Shown piece by piece: positions 51,947 to 64,000 of a stretch of 64,000 nt of DNA. Positions within the stretch are counted from its first letter, which is position 1; each line of letters opens with the position of its first letter. The translations under genes and the position numbers were made by a program. The DNA is from Phoronis australis. Its lineage: Eukaryota; Animalia; Phoronida. The stretch spans positions 1,182,883 to 1,246,882 of the forward strand of contig NMRA01000038.1 in the NCBI GenBank assembly GCA_002633005.1. The letters are read 5' to 3'. A model generated the notes under the pieces. The model was given only the letters and a program-made list of their open reading frames with translations, was not told the DNA's origin and ran no database searches.

Positions 51947-52036
51947 TGTATGGTTGACTTGTCGCTATCAACGCCCCTGTCTGATGCAAATGTCTATCAA
52001 TTCCCTTTGGATTTGGTCTCTGAGCTTTTACAACAG
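51947..52036 (+). CDS. CMIP: CMIP coding exon: CMVDLSLSTPLSDANVYQFPLDLVSELLQQ
   Basis: Acceptor ctttccag|TGT, donor CAG|gtaagg; 90 nt, phase 0-0; lies within ORF 51851..52057; aligns with recalled [30 protein letters not shown]. Confidence 0.9.
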
Positions 52037-55000
52037 GTAAGGAGATTGGTCATGTGACATTCCTGGGCTCTGAAGCAATGCAAAACACTTAGAGATGGTG
52101 CTCTCATGGTAAAATTTAATTTTCTCGCTATTGTCTTGGTGATCAGAAGGTGGGGGGAGGGAGCTTTGACTTTTTGAAATGTTTCCTTGAGAACTTGGTG
52201 GAAGTGATATTAAAAGAAGTAGAAGTACCATTAGGATGTGTTTTATTCATTGATCACCTGAAGGCAAAGCCCATTGTATTAATAAAGTTCCTTTCAATTT
52301 GACTCATTTCCTACAATGAGATGATCACGTAGGCTGGTTGATTTACGTTGGGCTCAGATGGGAATTAAGAATTAGTTGTGCTACAATATGCAGCTTTTGT
52401 CTCTAATCCAGTGTTTCCTTTGAATGTGCCAAAATCTCACCAGTTTCAGCCAAATACAATTATAGCCAATGTTGTGAATGCTGCCATATTTTGTGAAACA
52501 TTGTCCATTAGTAGCTGACACCCTGTCTTAATGAAAAGGATGAGACGGCAGTCCACCATATCGTACGGTGGAGTCTCATAAATTTAAGACGCAATGTGAC
52601 TGACAAGTGAAGTTTTATTTTTATTTTTTTTTATTTTTTCATTTTTTTATTTACGTTACATTGCAGAGAATAAAGGCTTTATCAGTCTTAAAAGAGAAAG
52701 CAGTTGTTTTTGGTGTTATCTTTAGTAAAAACACTGACGACCCTTATTGATCTTAGAAATTTTCGTGTCATCTGCTGTTTCTTTGTAGTCTGTGGGGCCT
52801 GAGCTTGATGAGAATATTTCTTAAGTACGTTCACCTGGAAATCAATGATTAAATATAGTATTTCTGATTTGTTAACGAATTTTATATGGATTAAATTATC
52901 ACATATGTTGAGCATAAGAGGGTGCTGTACACAGCAGCATTAACCAATCACCATCTTAGAAACATTTATGGTACCCATGGTAGATGCAGACTGTACATCT
53001 ACCGTGGGTACCAGAGTAAGAATTCCTTGGCTGATAGACAAGAAGTACCATCGCAACAGTTTAGCCCAAGTAAATAAAGTTGTTGATCTTAAATCTGATC
53101 AGGAAAAAGCTGACAATGTGTTGGCATGCATATGGTAACATGCGTCAAGAGTATTTTTCCTGGTGGTTTTATGGGTCTGGCAAAATAATTAAGTAGCTGA
53201 GGAATTAATCAGTCAAGTATAGCCTAGAATTACAAAAGATCATTTCAAAGCCTAATGGCATCATTTGAAAATATGTTTTAAGTAAAGATGATCACGTCAA
53301 AAATAATTTTCTTTATGATTTTAATGAAGATGAAGCCCAAAAAGGACCCTTAACTTGTGTACAAGCAGTGAGAACACATTTGCATTGTTTTTGGTTGAGC
53401 TATTAAAAACAACATTTAATTGCAATCGTTTCACCATACATAATTGGCAATTTATATCGGCATGTGTCCACCGAAATCAATTTTGGTTGTTTCATATGAC
53501 TTGTGTAGTGTATTGGAGGCGTATGACCAATACTGTTTAATGGAAATGCATCAGCCTTTGTCAAACCAAAAGGAGAGTTTTGTCAGTAAGCGTTTCACTA
53601 ATATATTTCAAAGAACAGTCATTTTATTACTGAAATGAATTTTAAACAAAATATCTTTGAAAACACGTTTTACCTTGTATTGAACAACACTGCTTGTATG
53701 ATTAAATGAAAGGTGCCGATACTTCAATAACTACAAAAAAATGTTCAAGCACTTATCATTACATCTTTGGAATACTGAACCATTGCAACTGACCAAAAAT
53801 GATCAATTTAGGGGTACAAAGTCATACTCCTATAATCTGGCAGATGTTGATCAATATTCAATTTTTCACCTTTTACATAATCTTAATGGGCATGGAATAA
53901 TACAACTGTGTACTATGTAGTATGTGTATTTTCACGGGACTCTCCTTCATTGTTTCAAAAGTGTTACAACTGTGACTGTACTTCAATGTGGAGAAGGGCC
54001 GTAGGAGGCCAGGTAAGAAAATGGTCGGCTAACGAATGAGCCAGTTGAATTTGTGTGTTAAATCAATTGACACCTCTCTATGGCCCTGTGGTATATCCTC
54101 GTGATATGGAGTGGGTATCTCTGGTAAAATTGGACAGAAAGTAATCGGGAATTACTAGGTGCACTCGTGTCTCCATATTTTCCTATTAATTGCCTCACAA
54201 TTCCTACTTTATCCTTTTTTACCTTTATGTTAACAAAATGTCACCGTCTCCGTACTTGATGAGTTAAAAGAGCTTAAAAATCTGAATTCATCACTTGGTT
54301 AGTATAAGTTTCAAAACAGTACAGATGTTTGCAATTAAGATTAGTTTTATTTTCTACCAGGAGATGTGGGCGTAATTTTTCAAAAATCCTATTTTTACTC
54401 CTTTTTGACCTCTCACTCATTTAATTTGTTTAATGTGACCAACAGTATTTAAATGTGTCTGTTAAAATGCAACACGTTTTACTAATATTGTATACTAACT
54501 CTGAATTTCAACGTGTCATCTTTCACCTTATTCATTGGCAAATTAGGTGAAAATATGCGACTTTACTTGCTTGAACTTCTTCCATTTGAAAAGTACCCCT
54601 ATGAATGAGGTTGAAGCGTTAAAATATAATTGCCAGGTGATAATACTCATGAAACCTTCTGAAGCGTCCATAGCTCAGAGCCTACAAACTATTGGTGTAT
54701 GTTTACAATCCATGGAAAATGGAAAGCGACGTGCAAACCAACAAAAGACCAGCATCTTGGTTCTGCATTCACTTTCACTGTGCAAACACAGATGACCAAC
54801 ACAGATTGTGTTCAGTAGCCAGTAGGGCATTGTGTTTCCTCATGAGAAAAGAATGCAGAGCTAAGATGCGGGCCTTGTTAGGACGTTCACATCCTTTTCT
54901 ATTGTTCCATAGAACAATTACACGTCTACGAATATTTAATTGACACAGAAAAAGGTATCTCCTCGATAATCCACGAACTTTCACCGAATACAACATCACG

Positions 55001-56973
55001 AACAGTTGCGTTGCCCTTTAAGTTCTATTATACCAAAGCCACAATGTTTTGAGAAACTGTCAGCATTTGCCTTTGAAAAATGAAAAACAACCAAGATTGG
55101 CATTTATTTTTTGCATTTGAAATTGGTATAGTTTTCCTAAAGTTCTCAGTTTTGTAAACTAACGTTCGTGTGACCATTCGTTCCGACTTTGGTTAATATG
55201 TGTCATCTTTTACCGTACTCTTTCTACGATGTATGTTTGAGGTTAAGGTGTTTCTTACGACGTCTTCAATTGTGTGACAAATCTCCATTGGTCATTTTCA
55301 GCCCTTTTTGATTATCTGCGCTTTTACCAGTTTTGATCATCGATTTCTGCTTGGTACCTGGTTGGATTCGTATGAAGTTTTTAAACAATTACTTTATAAT
55401 ATATGGCAGATTTTCCTTCACATAACAGAGAGATCAACCATCAACCTTATATCCCTGTTTTTAAGGGTAATAAAAATCTAAGATGCTGTTCCCAGCTTAT
55501 TGAAAGTAAGAATAAATCATTCAAACACTAAATTGGGCAGGTTAGGTATTCTTACAAGTTCATGCTCAAGCAAAAATGACAATTATCTCAAAAAATGGCA
55601 TGCAAGTGATTATGAATGATCGTCTGCTATTTTTTATGATGTAAGATTGTTCAGTTATTGAGTATTTAGAAAATATATACTGTTATAGCTTGAGATTAGA
55701 AAAAGAAGTATTTGATCAAAAAGGAAAGATTTCATAAAGGTTGACAGTTCCCCTACCACAAACCCATCACTGGTGGGTTACTGCCATCTATTGGTTACTT
55801 TTGTAGCCACTGTACTTAAAGACCATATTTGCTGGTGAGAAGTGTCTGTCACTGATCAATAACTACATACATACATGTCAACCTATACGGAATGTCCGCA
55901 GTTTATAAGGATTTGATTCAATAAACGTAGTATGCGGGCATACAAATAAAGTTTTACGTATTCCTTTAGAAAACTTCAATATTTATTTAGAGCTATGATC
56001 AATTCCCATGATGATAAAAGAGCACAAATCGTTTACAAACGTTCTGTACGCCGCAAAAAGCAGCATCTGAGTTCAACCAGGAGAATTTATCCATTGGCTA
56101 AAAATCTAAAAACAATGGTGTACATGTACACGGCGTGGTGAATCATTCACACATATTGTTTAATGCAGCTGTGCTGCTCGCTAGTTTGTGTGAGCATGTC
56201 TTTTATTTCATTGAATTATCAAAATGTCATGTTGCAATCCAGTTTAGAGGTCTCATGCGCGCACTTGGCGAAGTGGGCAAACAGATCTGCCTGACAGAAA
56301 CAAAAAGAAGAAAACGAGACAAAAGTCCACTAAAATGGCAGGAACTACCAAAATTCGGCAAACACGCAATTCACAGCTCTGAAGGTACTTCGAGCCCCCC
56401 CCCAACTTATAGGCTGGGTGCGTGCATGGATCTTATGAATTTTTTCCTTGAATATGGGTGGTTACAGAAGGTGATACAGGTGGTGACATCTATGGGGGGG
56501 TTGACATATGTGTACCAACTAGAACTGCTGAATTTTAGTTAACAGGTCTGGATTAAATTTCAAATTATTAATTAAGTCCTAGAAATTTCATTCATTGAAC
56601 TATTAAGTTGTACCACTGATATTTAAAACCAATTTTTCTTGAAATAACGTAAAATCCGTTTATGTCCTAAATCCTACGTGTGAGGACTCCACAGGTTTTC
56701 TCTTATGGACCTGCATGTGAACGAGACAACAACGTAAACGTGTTTGGAATGTTTGTGCATACACGTCATGACAGTAGTGAGGAGGGGCAAAGTGTAAGCA
56801 ATTAAGGTGCCTGATTGAAACTGAGCTATTCTAGTTGAATGACGCATCACGGCTTCCGTTAAGAACCTTAATTTCTGTAAGGTGATACTTCCATTATGTG
56901 TCTGTGAAAGTGACATGTCTATCTTTGTTAGCACTGGTCAATGCTCTTATTAGTTAGCATTGGTTCATACTGT

Positions 56974-57845
56974 TATTTATACCACAATATTAGCGTCAAA
57001 CGGCAGATACAACCGTGTAATAACCCATAAAGTTATCTCACTAGTGAGATAACGATTTGGCGGGAAACCGAGGACGGGGTCGAACCCGGGACCCTAACAT
57101 TGCTAGTCGCCGACTTTACCACTACACCACGCAGCGACTGACGTCATCAAGAGTGAAAATAGAATACTTAAATGAGCACGCGCAATAATCGCACGTTCAA
57201 AAAACCACTTTGTACTGTACTTATACGCTACGAAAAATAAGACACATAATTTCCATAAAAATGATATCTTAATTCGGGGAAATTTTTCTCTCATGTCCTC
57301 TTACTTGTAAATCACCGATCTCCAGTTTGAATGCGGGTATCGTCTCGTCAGGATCTTTGACTTGAGAATTATATTCAGTTACCAGTGGTAACCTACTTTA
57401 GCAGACGATAATTTCCCGGTCGAAGCTTAGCGTGAAAAAACGTGTTTTAAGCTATAATAGTTGGTAAACCTTAATTTATAAATTCAATTTATTTCTATAA
57501 TATTTAAGTTTTCAATTGGTTTTGAGTAAAAGCATTATTTGACAAAAATAGCCGGGCTTTTCTTAAAAGGTCACGACCTCCGACCCCGGGCCTCTGACAT
57601 AGAAAGTAGTTACAAAGCCGTGGAGAGTCAGAAAAGGTAAATCAATTCATTGCAATGTTTCTCGTTTAGTATGTGGTATAAATAGATTATTTCATGTTCT
57701 CAGCCGTTATCCCCCTTATCTAGAGCCCTCGTGGATTTTGGAGAATTATCACCCTCGGGGCTTACGCCCCTCGGGCAATAATTCTCCAAAATCCACTCGG
57801 GCTCTAGATAACGGGGGATAACGACTTCGCCATGTAATAATCTAT
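56974..57845. mobile_element. Non-autonomous element with 13-bp inverted repeats, an internal tRNA-like segment and a terminal ~164-bp palindrome
   Basis: tatttataccaca (56974-86) / tgtggtataaata (57672-84); hairpin 57682-57845 centred on ggggc-ttac-gcccc. Confidence 0.7.
57067..57135 (-). other. tRNA-like Pol III A/B-box segment (pseudo-tRNA)
   Basis: Minus strand gctgcgTGGTGTAGTGGtaaagtcggcgactagcaatgttagggtcccGGGTTCGACCCcgtcctcggt. The A and B boxes are at tRNA spacing, but the acceptor and anticodon stems pair poorly. Confidence 0.6.
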
Positions 57846-57999
57846 ATTTATTAAATCGTACGGCAATGTATCCAGGGGGGAGCATTCTCTGCTACAAAGT
57901 CCACACCAGCGCAGTACTTGGGTGGTTGGGATAATATACACCTGAGGCTATGCTAAGTGACGACAAATGTGATATCTGAGAAGGCTAAATACCTACCTG

Positions 58000-58160
58000 A
58001 GTAGCTGACTTTCAAAATAGCCACATCATATTGAAATTCACTAACCTGCCAGATGGCGATCTGGTCTTTGGCGGACAGACATTCAGCGCCACCTAGAGAT
58101 CCCATGTAATGCAGACGGGAGGTTTCAACCTACTGGTATAAACAGTTTAAAAACCTTTCC
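58000..58160 (-). repeat. Inverted partner of dispersed repeat 20307-20470
   Basis: Reverse-complement alignment by eye over ~160 bp. Confidence 0.8.
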
Positions 58161-59760
58161 GGCAAATTTCCATTGCTGTGTGGTGGTATGTAATGCCTTA
58201 TGAAACGTGCACACTGTTCTGAAATGTCAGTGGATAAAAAAGGACATCATGTTCCTTACATTTCCTACTGCGAAGACTAAGTATCTGCCGACAAAGCCAG
58301 TGACTGTGGCCAATAAAGCGTTTCTAATCCACCCTGGTGTAAAAAAGCTAAATTAAATTTGTGAACTTAAACTAATCGAGCAATGGGAGGGTCTGACAGT
58401 GGAATTTATTCATTTGCTTTTAAATTAATGAAGCACTATGTAGTAATTGAATTTCTGTCCACCAAATCCGAGTCGGGATCAATCGAAAGTCACTTTCGTG
58501 CTCTCATTACTCTAAAGAGCTCCAATATGGAAATTCATTTGAACACATGTCACTGTAATAAAAATGTGTGCCTCTAAACATTGGTGTTCATTGGACACAC
58601 CACCTTCCAAAATTTTTGGAACCATTTCATGAAAACGGTCCAGAAATCATTGCAGCAGCACAGAAGAGTGTCCAATGTAGGTCAGAAACGTGAAGCAAAT
58701 CTGGTGGTTGAGATACTTTTATCAGACAAAAAGTATGGGAAGTTTACCAAGAAATGGATCTGACGATTTTCATTTTTTACAAGTTTTCAAATTTGTGTCT
58801 AAGATGAAGATCAATAAAGTCGCTATGCGTGTTCTTCAGCTCAAGTGATGGAAAAACATATCTTGCGGCGAAAACTGCAATCGCCTCTGAGAATTCATCT
58901 TTTCTATAAACTATCTGTAGAATTGTAGCATAATTATGTATGTAATAATCACTGGCAAACGGATATTTTTAACTTCGTTGTGTAATTACCTATCGTTTGT
59001 CCATTGATACAGTCTAGTATTTTTAGAAATGCCTTGTTGTTATGGCAACGTGTTTGGTGTTAATGCTGCCTAGTGTTTTTAAAGACTTGCCCAGCCGACC
59101 ATGGCCAGTTATCATTTTGTGATTTCACTGTATACGGCGATTCCTACACTATTTTCTAACATGGCGTTTCTCTCGGATCTTTCACTAGTAAGTATTTCAT
59201 AAGCAAATATGCTGTGGATTCAGGTCTTTGCCTGATAGACATATGTCAGTACTGTTTTAATGTAAGCGCCTTTATAGAGTGCTTGCTTTCATATAGTACA
59301 AAGAAAATTAACATTTGCTTATTAAGCGTAAATGACTTTCACTTACTCAGACTTGTTTTTGCTGTGAGATTGTGTTGTTAGTAAACTGGTCATGTTTCAT
59401 GAATTATTGACGTAGAGCAGTTGGATACTTTCAAATTGAATGAAATATTATTACAGTCCTCATGAGCACCTGATTTTTTGTGTCCAACATGAACATTTCA
59501 TAGTATGTTCTGAATATTAAAGAGACATTATCTGTTTTATATCAGAAAAAAATTGTTTTAGGATTATTGTTTTGACAGGCTTCTTAAAGTTACTAGTTTT
59601 GCCCAGAGCTATGTAAAAAATACAACAAAATCCATAGGGTTTTTGTGCTTTTATAACTAATAGATTCTCACCGTTGTCTGCCAGACATTCTCTCAAGTCT
59701 AGTCCTGTGACTTTACCAATGAAATACGCTTAAAATACGCTGTCATTTATCAAGTGGGAT

Positions 59761-60056
59761 TTTTGCATGTGGATTGTCTGAGGTATACCCTTTCAAATGT
59801 TCTGTAACAATTTTTTCTCAGACTTTTTAAAAGAAATGCAAATTTTTAAAATTTTTGAAAATTTTTAATTATGGAATTTTTCAAAACTAACTTGTTAGAT
59901 AGGGTTTTGAACGTGCTTTCAGAAGATCTTTTCCATTTTTTGCTAGGACATCTACTTTTTGAAATATTCAAGATTTTCTGAAAACGCTGTTCCTTTGTTG
60001 ACCAATTTTCCTGCACTGTTCGTGCTTAAGCTTCTACTGATTAAGACTGTAGCCTA
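59761..60056 (+). repeat. Direct copy of 28711-29027
   Basis: Colinear match with several 12-18-bp identical blocks (e.g. cgctgttcctttgttga). Confidence 0.8.
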
Positions 60057-60304
60057 TTTTTTTATTGATTTCTGACATCCTTGCTAGTCTTATGAATGTT
60101 ATGTTCTTCATAATGGCCACCTTCGTCATCATAATCGTCATCGTCGTCATCATCTCCATCATTGTCTTTTCGGTTTATTTTGACAAGTGTCGCTCCTCCG
60201 AGCGCTCTCGTTTTGTTCTCGGCTTTCAGTGCATCATGACAGCAGAAAGTTGGTGTAAAACCGTCTTTATGATTAGATTGGTGTAGAATTTTTCCAGTTT
60301 AGTA

Positions 60305-60457
60305 CAGTGGCGGATTTAAGGGGGCCAAGGGGACCATGGCCCCCCTAAAATTCTTCCAAATTCCATTAGCAGTTCGGAGTGTGAATGTTTGACGGGCAAA
60401 ATCCTTTCTAATACTCTGCCCTGCCCCCCAACTCAAAATCCTGGATCCCCTCCCCTG
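60305..60457 (+). mobile_element. ~150-bp hAT-like MITE
   Basis: cagtggcggattta ... cctggatcccctcccctg ends (CAG..CTG); internal ggggaccatggcccc palindrome; tagta on both flanks but no clean 8-bp TSD. Confidence 0.65.
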
Positions 60458-60805
60458 TAGTACACAATATTTTGGAAATGGTCATTAAAAGAATGTAGTT
60501 CATCGTTAGCATTGTTACTACACAGCAACTGTTATTGGTTAAGATTAGAGGTGAGCTGCGTTAAACTTTACAGTGGGTTGTTGCACAGCATCAAGCACAT
60601 TACGCTACAGTAGCAACTAGACATGTCCTAATGTGACACCATTGTTGCTAATAGCATATAATTTTGATGCAAATAGACCCTGCTAACAATTTTGAGCTTT
60701 TGCGACAAATTAGTAAACCCTTAGAAAAATAAAACATATTAATTTTAGCAATTATTTTTGTACCAAGGTGATTGTTTTACCTAGTTGTTTATTACTGTTT
60801 TGCAG

Positions 60806-60913
60806 AACGAGGAATTCATGACAAGTGCGTGTCGCGAAAATGTTATATTAGCTCTCGGACCACTGCTAGAGCACAACCAGCCCACACAAGAGATCTGTGA
60901 TTTCTTCACAAAG
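60806..60913 (+). CDS. CMIP: CMIP coding exon: NEEFMTSACRENVILALGPLLEHNQPTQEICDFFTK
   Basis: Acceptor gttttgcag|AAC, donor AAG|gtacgt; 108 nt, phase 0-0; aligns with recalled [26 protein letters not shown]. Confidence 0.92.
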
Positions 60914-62642
60914 GTACGTATATATTCAATTTAATTTTTTACAACATGAGTCTGTATCATTAAGTAACAAATTTCCGCTACTGGTCTATGATTGTTGTCT
61001 GAACTGCTAATCTTGCCGCAGTCTCTGAACTTGTGAGAATCGCTTAGATTTTAACTGTATTTACTAAAACTTGTTACTAATTAAAAAAATTGTTTGGTTT
61101 TCTTGTGTACTGTGGAAATTTGAGTTGTAACCGCTAAACATTTTGGCATGGTTGTTGAACTTTCTAAAACAAATTGCCTTACACTGACAGTTTTTTTTTG
61201 GAGGCGATGTTGTTTGTATGTAGTCTTGGCATCCAGATTAATTACGTGGATTAAGACGACAACTGTTTTATTTCAACCCCAGGAATGCGGTACGTGTCAC
61301 CAGTTTCTCAATGAAAGGGTGCCTTTTCTAACAAAATTCCCTCCTGAGAGGGCTTTTCGAACAAAGATTAGTTGGAAGCTCAACAAAAGATTCCTTTTTC
61401 CAACCAAACAAATCTACAGAAGCTATATTGTTTATGATTTAAAGACTTTTGTTTCAAATGATGAATTTATTTTAGCAACATGGCATCCTTCGAACTCAAT
61501 GCCTTAAAAATTCACTGCCCAAGAGTCTCTATGGAATTTGAATTAACCTCTGACTATATCTGGAACAAAAACCCTGCAAAAGAACAACTTTTTCGTGGAA
61601 GCTCCCTGCAAATGGGTCCCTTTTTCAAATCCACTAGCTAAATGGATGGGTAACTTAATGTCTGTCAGCGCACCAAATATATCTGGAGTAAACCCAGGGT
61701 TTTACTTCATTTTCCTAATACACGCCCATGGGCTTATGTATAGAAAATCCTGGTACGCTTCAAAATGACAGTGTACAGTACGTGGTCTGTCGTTCTCGTT
61801 TTGTGAATGTGTCCCTTTGTTTTTCCAAGATTTTATGAATCTTATTTTTGCACTGTAAAACGAGGAACCTCCAAATGAACTCATGGGCCTTATTTTAGAA
61901 ATAACCTCTGTGGTAAACGATGACACAATGACCATGTGATGGGTTTCCACATCAACATTTTGGATGTTGTCACGGTGATATCAATCCAGATTGTTATGGT
62001 GACTTAAGAAGCGGAGTGTGCAGTTTGTGAAAAATAGTGCTACTGCTTTTAGAAACAGAGAGTATTAGCCGTCCCAAATTCACGAATTACCATCAATGAC
62101 AAATGGATACTTGATGTTTCTTACCATCAGGAGGCACAAAAAGGTTCCGTTGGTAACTAATTTGGGATTTTATGGACTGCCAAGTCCTCTATTGGATTCT
62201 GTTGATACAAAAATGGGATGTTCAAAATTTGTGAAATACTATGAGTGCCAAAATCGACCATGTCCCTAATCATTTGTGAAAATTCAATTTCACCTTGAAT
62301 TTCTGTGTTCCAAATTTTAAAATCTATCCTAAACTGGAGAATTTTAACTCTACTATTAACTAACTCTGAAGAAAAATCCAATTTTTCTAGGTTTCAATGT
62401 AGGGCTTCGTTGTTAAGTTCCAGTGGCACTTTGCCATGGATAATCTTAAATTTATCATTTAATGGTCGAGAGAATGCTACTATCATCTCATCTTATATTC
62501 GAAGCTTATGCAGGAACTGGTTGTCTAGTTTGGTAGACCCGTGCTCATCTTACCAAATCAACTTGCAAGACGGTGATTGCTCTACTTTAGTCATTTTTAA
62601 GCACAACTTCACTGAGAAGTGCAAGTTTAGTGTTCATGTTAA

Positions 62643-62873
<231 letters not shown>

Positions 62874-63832
62874 TAATGTGAAACTTAGATAAATACCATT
62901 TAGTAGTTCTGTGTTGCAGTAGTGTAGTTATTACCGTCAAATTGGGTCTTGTTTTCGCTTTTTATCGACGTCACTCAACCATATTTCACCATACCCGCTT
63001 AGCATTCCTGGGTGGATCAGTCTGTGGATTAGGCAACGAGTACGTTTTGAGGCCATGTTCTCATAGATTAGTCACTAGAAGTGGAACAGAGAGATGTAAC
63101 TGATCCACGACTGAGCAATTTCTTGGGAGTGTTGCTAACATTAGTTCTGAACTGTCAACGACGGCGTCTCCAGTAGTGCCTGTCCTCTGCGGGGGGCGGG
63201 GCATCATGGAGTGGGAGCATCAGATTTACTTCTCATTTGCTGTCATTTCGATTCCTGAACTAGATATTTCAGCATTACCACCTGTGTCGTAATAAAGCTG
63301 CTTTAACAAGTTAAGCCACACTCTGTTATTGATGAAGTATAAAAGTCAACCGAAAGGCTGATCTGAAATACATTATTGGGTGTCAGATCTTTTAAGATTT
63401 TGAAGGATTTTCAAGGCTTAAACAGTCACCTTGGAATGATTTAGGAAATAATAACTGTGGTGTCCACCATTGCATGGTTAAAGTATAGATATTGCAGGGC
63501 TTGGAATTTTCCTCTTTTAAGAGGATTTCCTCTATCTTGGTTTCAATTTCCTCTTATTTTGTCTCTTATTTATCATTCTTTCGACTTAATTCATGCAAAA
63601 AACATTCATTTTTGTTAAATTTTACAACACGAAATATTGCTTTCACACTAGCCTATTTATTTGTAGAACAATACATCACCTGAAAAATTTCCTCTTGCTT
63701 TGTCATTAGTCATTCCAAGCTCTGATATTGTGTTAGAAAGGGAGAGGGGGAAGGGATGAAAACAGAGAAATTTTGAGGCAAAGCACTCTTTTTTGTGTTA
63801 TTTTTACTTCTGAGTATATATTGAAGTAGTAG

Positions 63833-63952
<120 letters not shown>

Positions 63953-64000
63953 TAAGTATCCAAACTGAGGCGAGAGGGGAGGAGGAATGGCAGTTACTGT

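Noticed and set aside
57067-57135. Functional tRNA-Ala gene
   Set aside because: The A/B boxes are present, but the acceptor, anticodon and T stems do not pair properly; treated as tRNA-derived.
57700-57885. 61-aa ORF
   Set aside because: Lies almost entirely on the long palindrome; no coding signal.
60120-60162. Hydrophobic transmembrane ORF 60065..60286
   Set aside because: The I/V run comes from a degenerate (ATC/GTC)n microsatellite.

Overview
AT-rich eukaryotic (most likely invertebrate animal) genomic DNA with no prokaryotic features. The window lies inside one large + strand gene, a CMIP (c-Maf-inducing protein) orthologue. I reconstructed seven consecutive GT-AG coding exons by eye (29289-29417, 46832-46882, 47882-47953, 51947-52036, 60806-60913, 62661-62845, 63850-63951). 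They give 737 nt of open frame, from the C-terminal part of the N-terminal PH-like region to the conserved [19 protein letters not shown] motif. The upstream and downstream exons lie outside the window, so bases 1-29288 appear to be part of one very long intron. The introns are a patchwork of non-autonomous or decayed transposons: a complete Helentron/DINE-like (HINE) element whose ~150-bp subrepeats each carry a CTCF-like motif, a Kolobok-type element (TTAA TSD) with a THAP pseudo-domain, a Penelope-like GIY-YIG remnant with a degenerate hammerhead ribozyme, several TA-flanked TIR elements, Harbinger-/hAT-like MITEs, and an element with a ~164-bp terminal hairpin plus a tRNA-like segment. I found no convincing new protein-coding system. 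The most unusual signals are non-coding: phased CTCF-like arrays, tRNA-like boxes inside DNA elements, the hammerhead, nested or inverted element fragments flanking symmetric exons, and tiny TSD-flanked hairpins. All family assignments come from terminal signatures read by eye and from recalled reference sequences, not from database searches.
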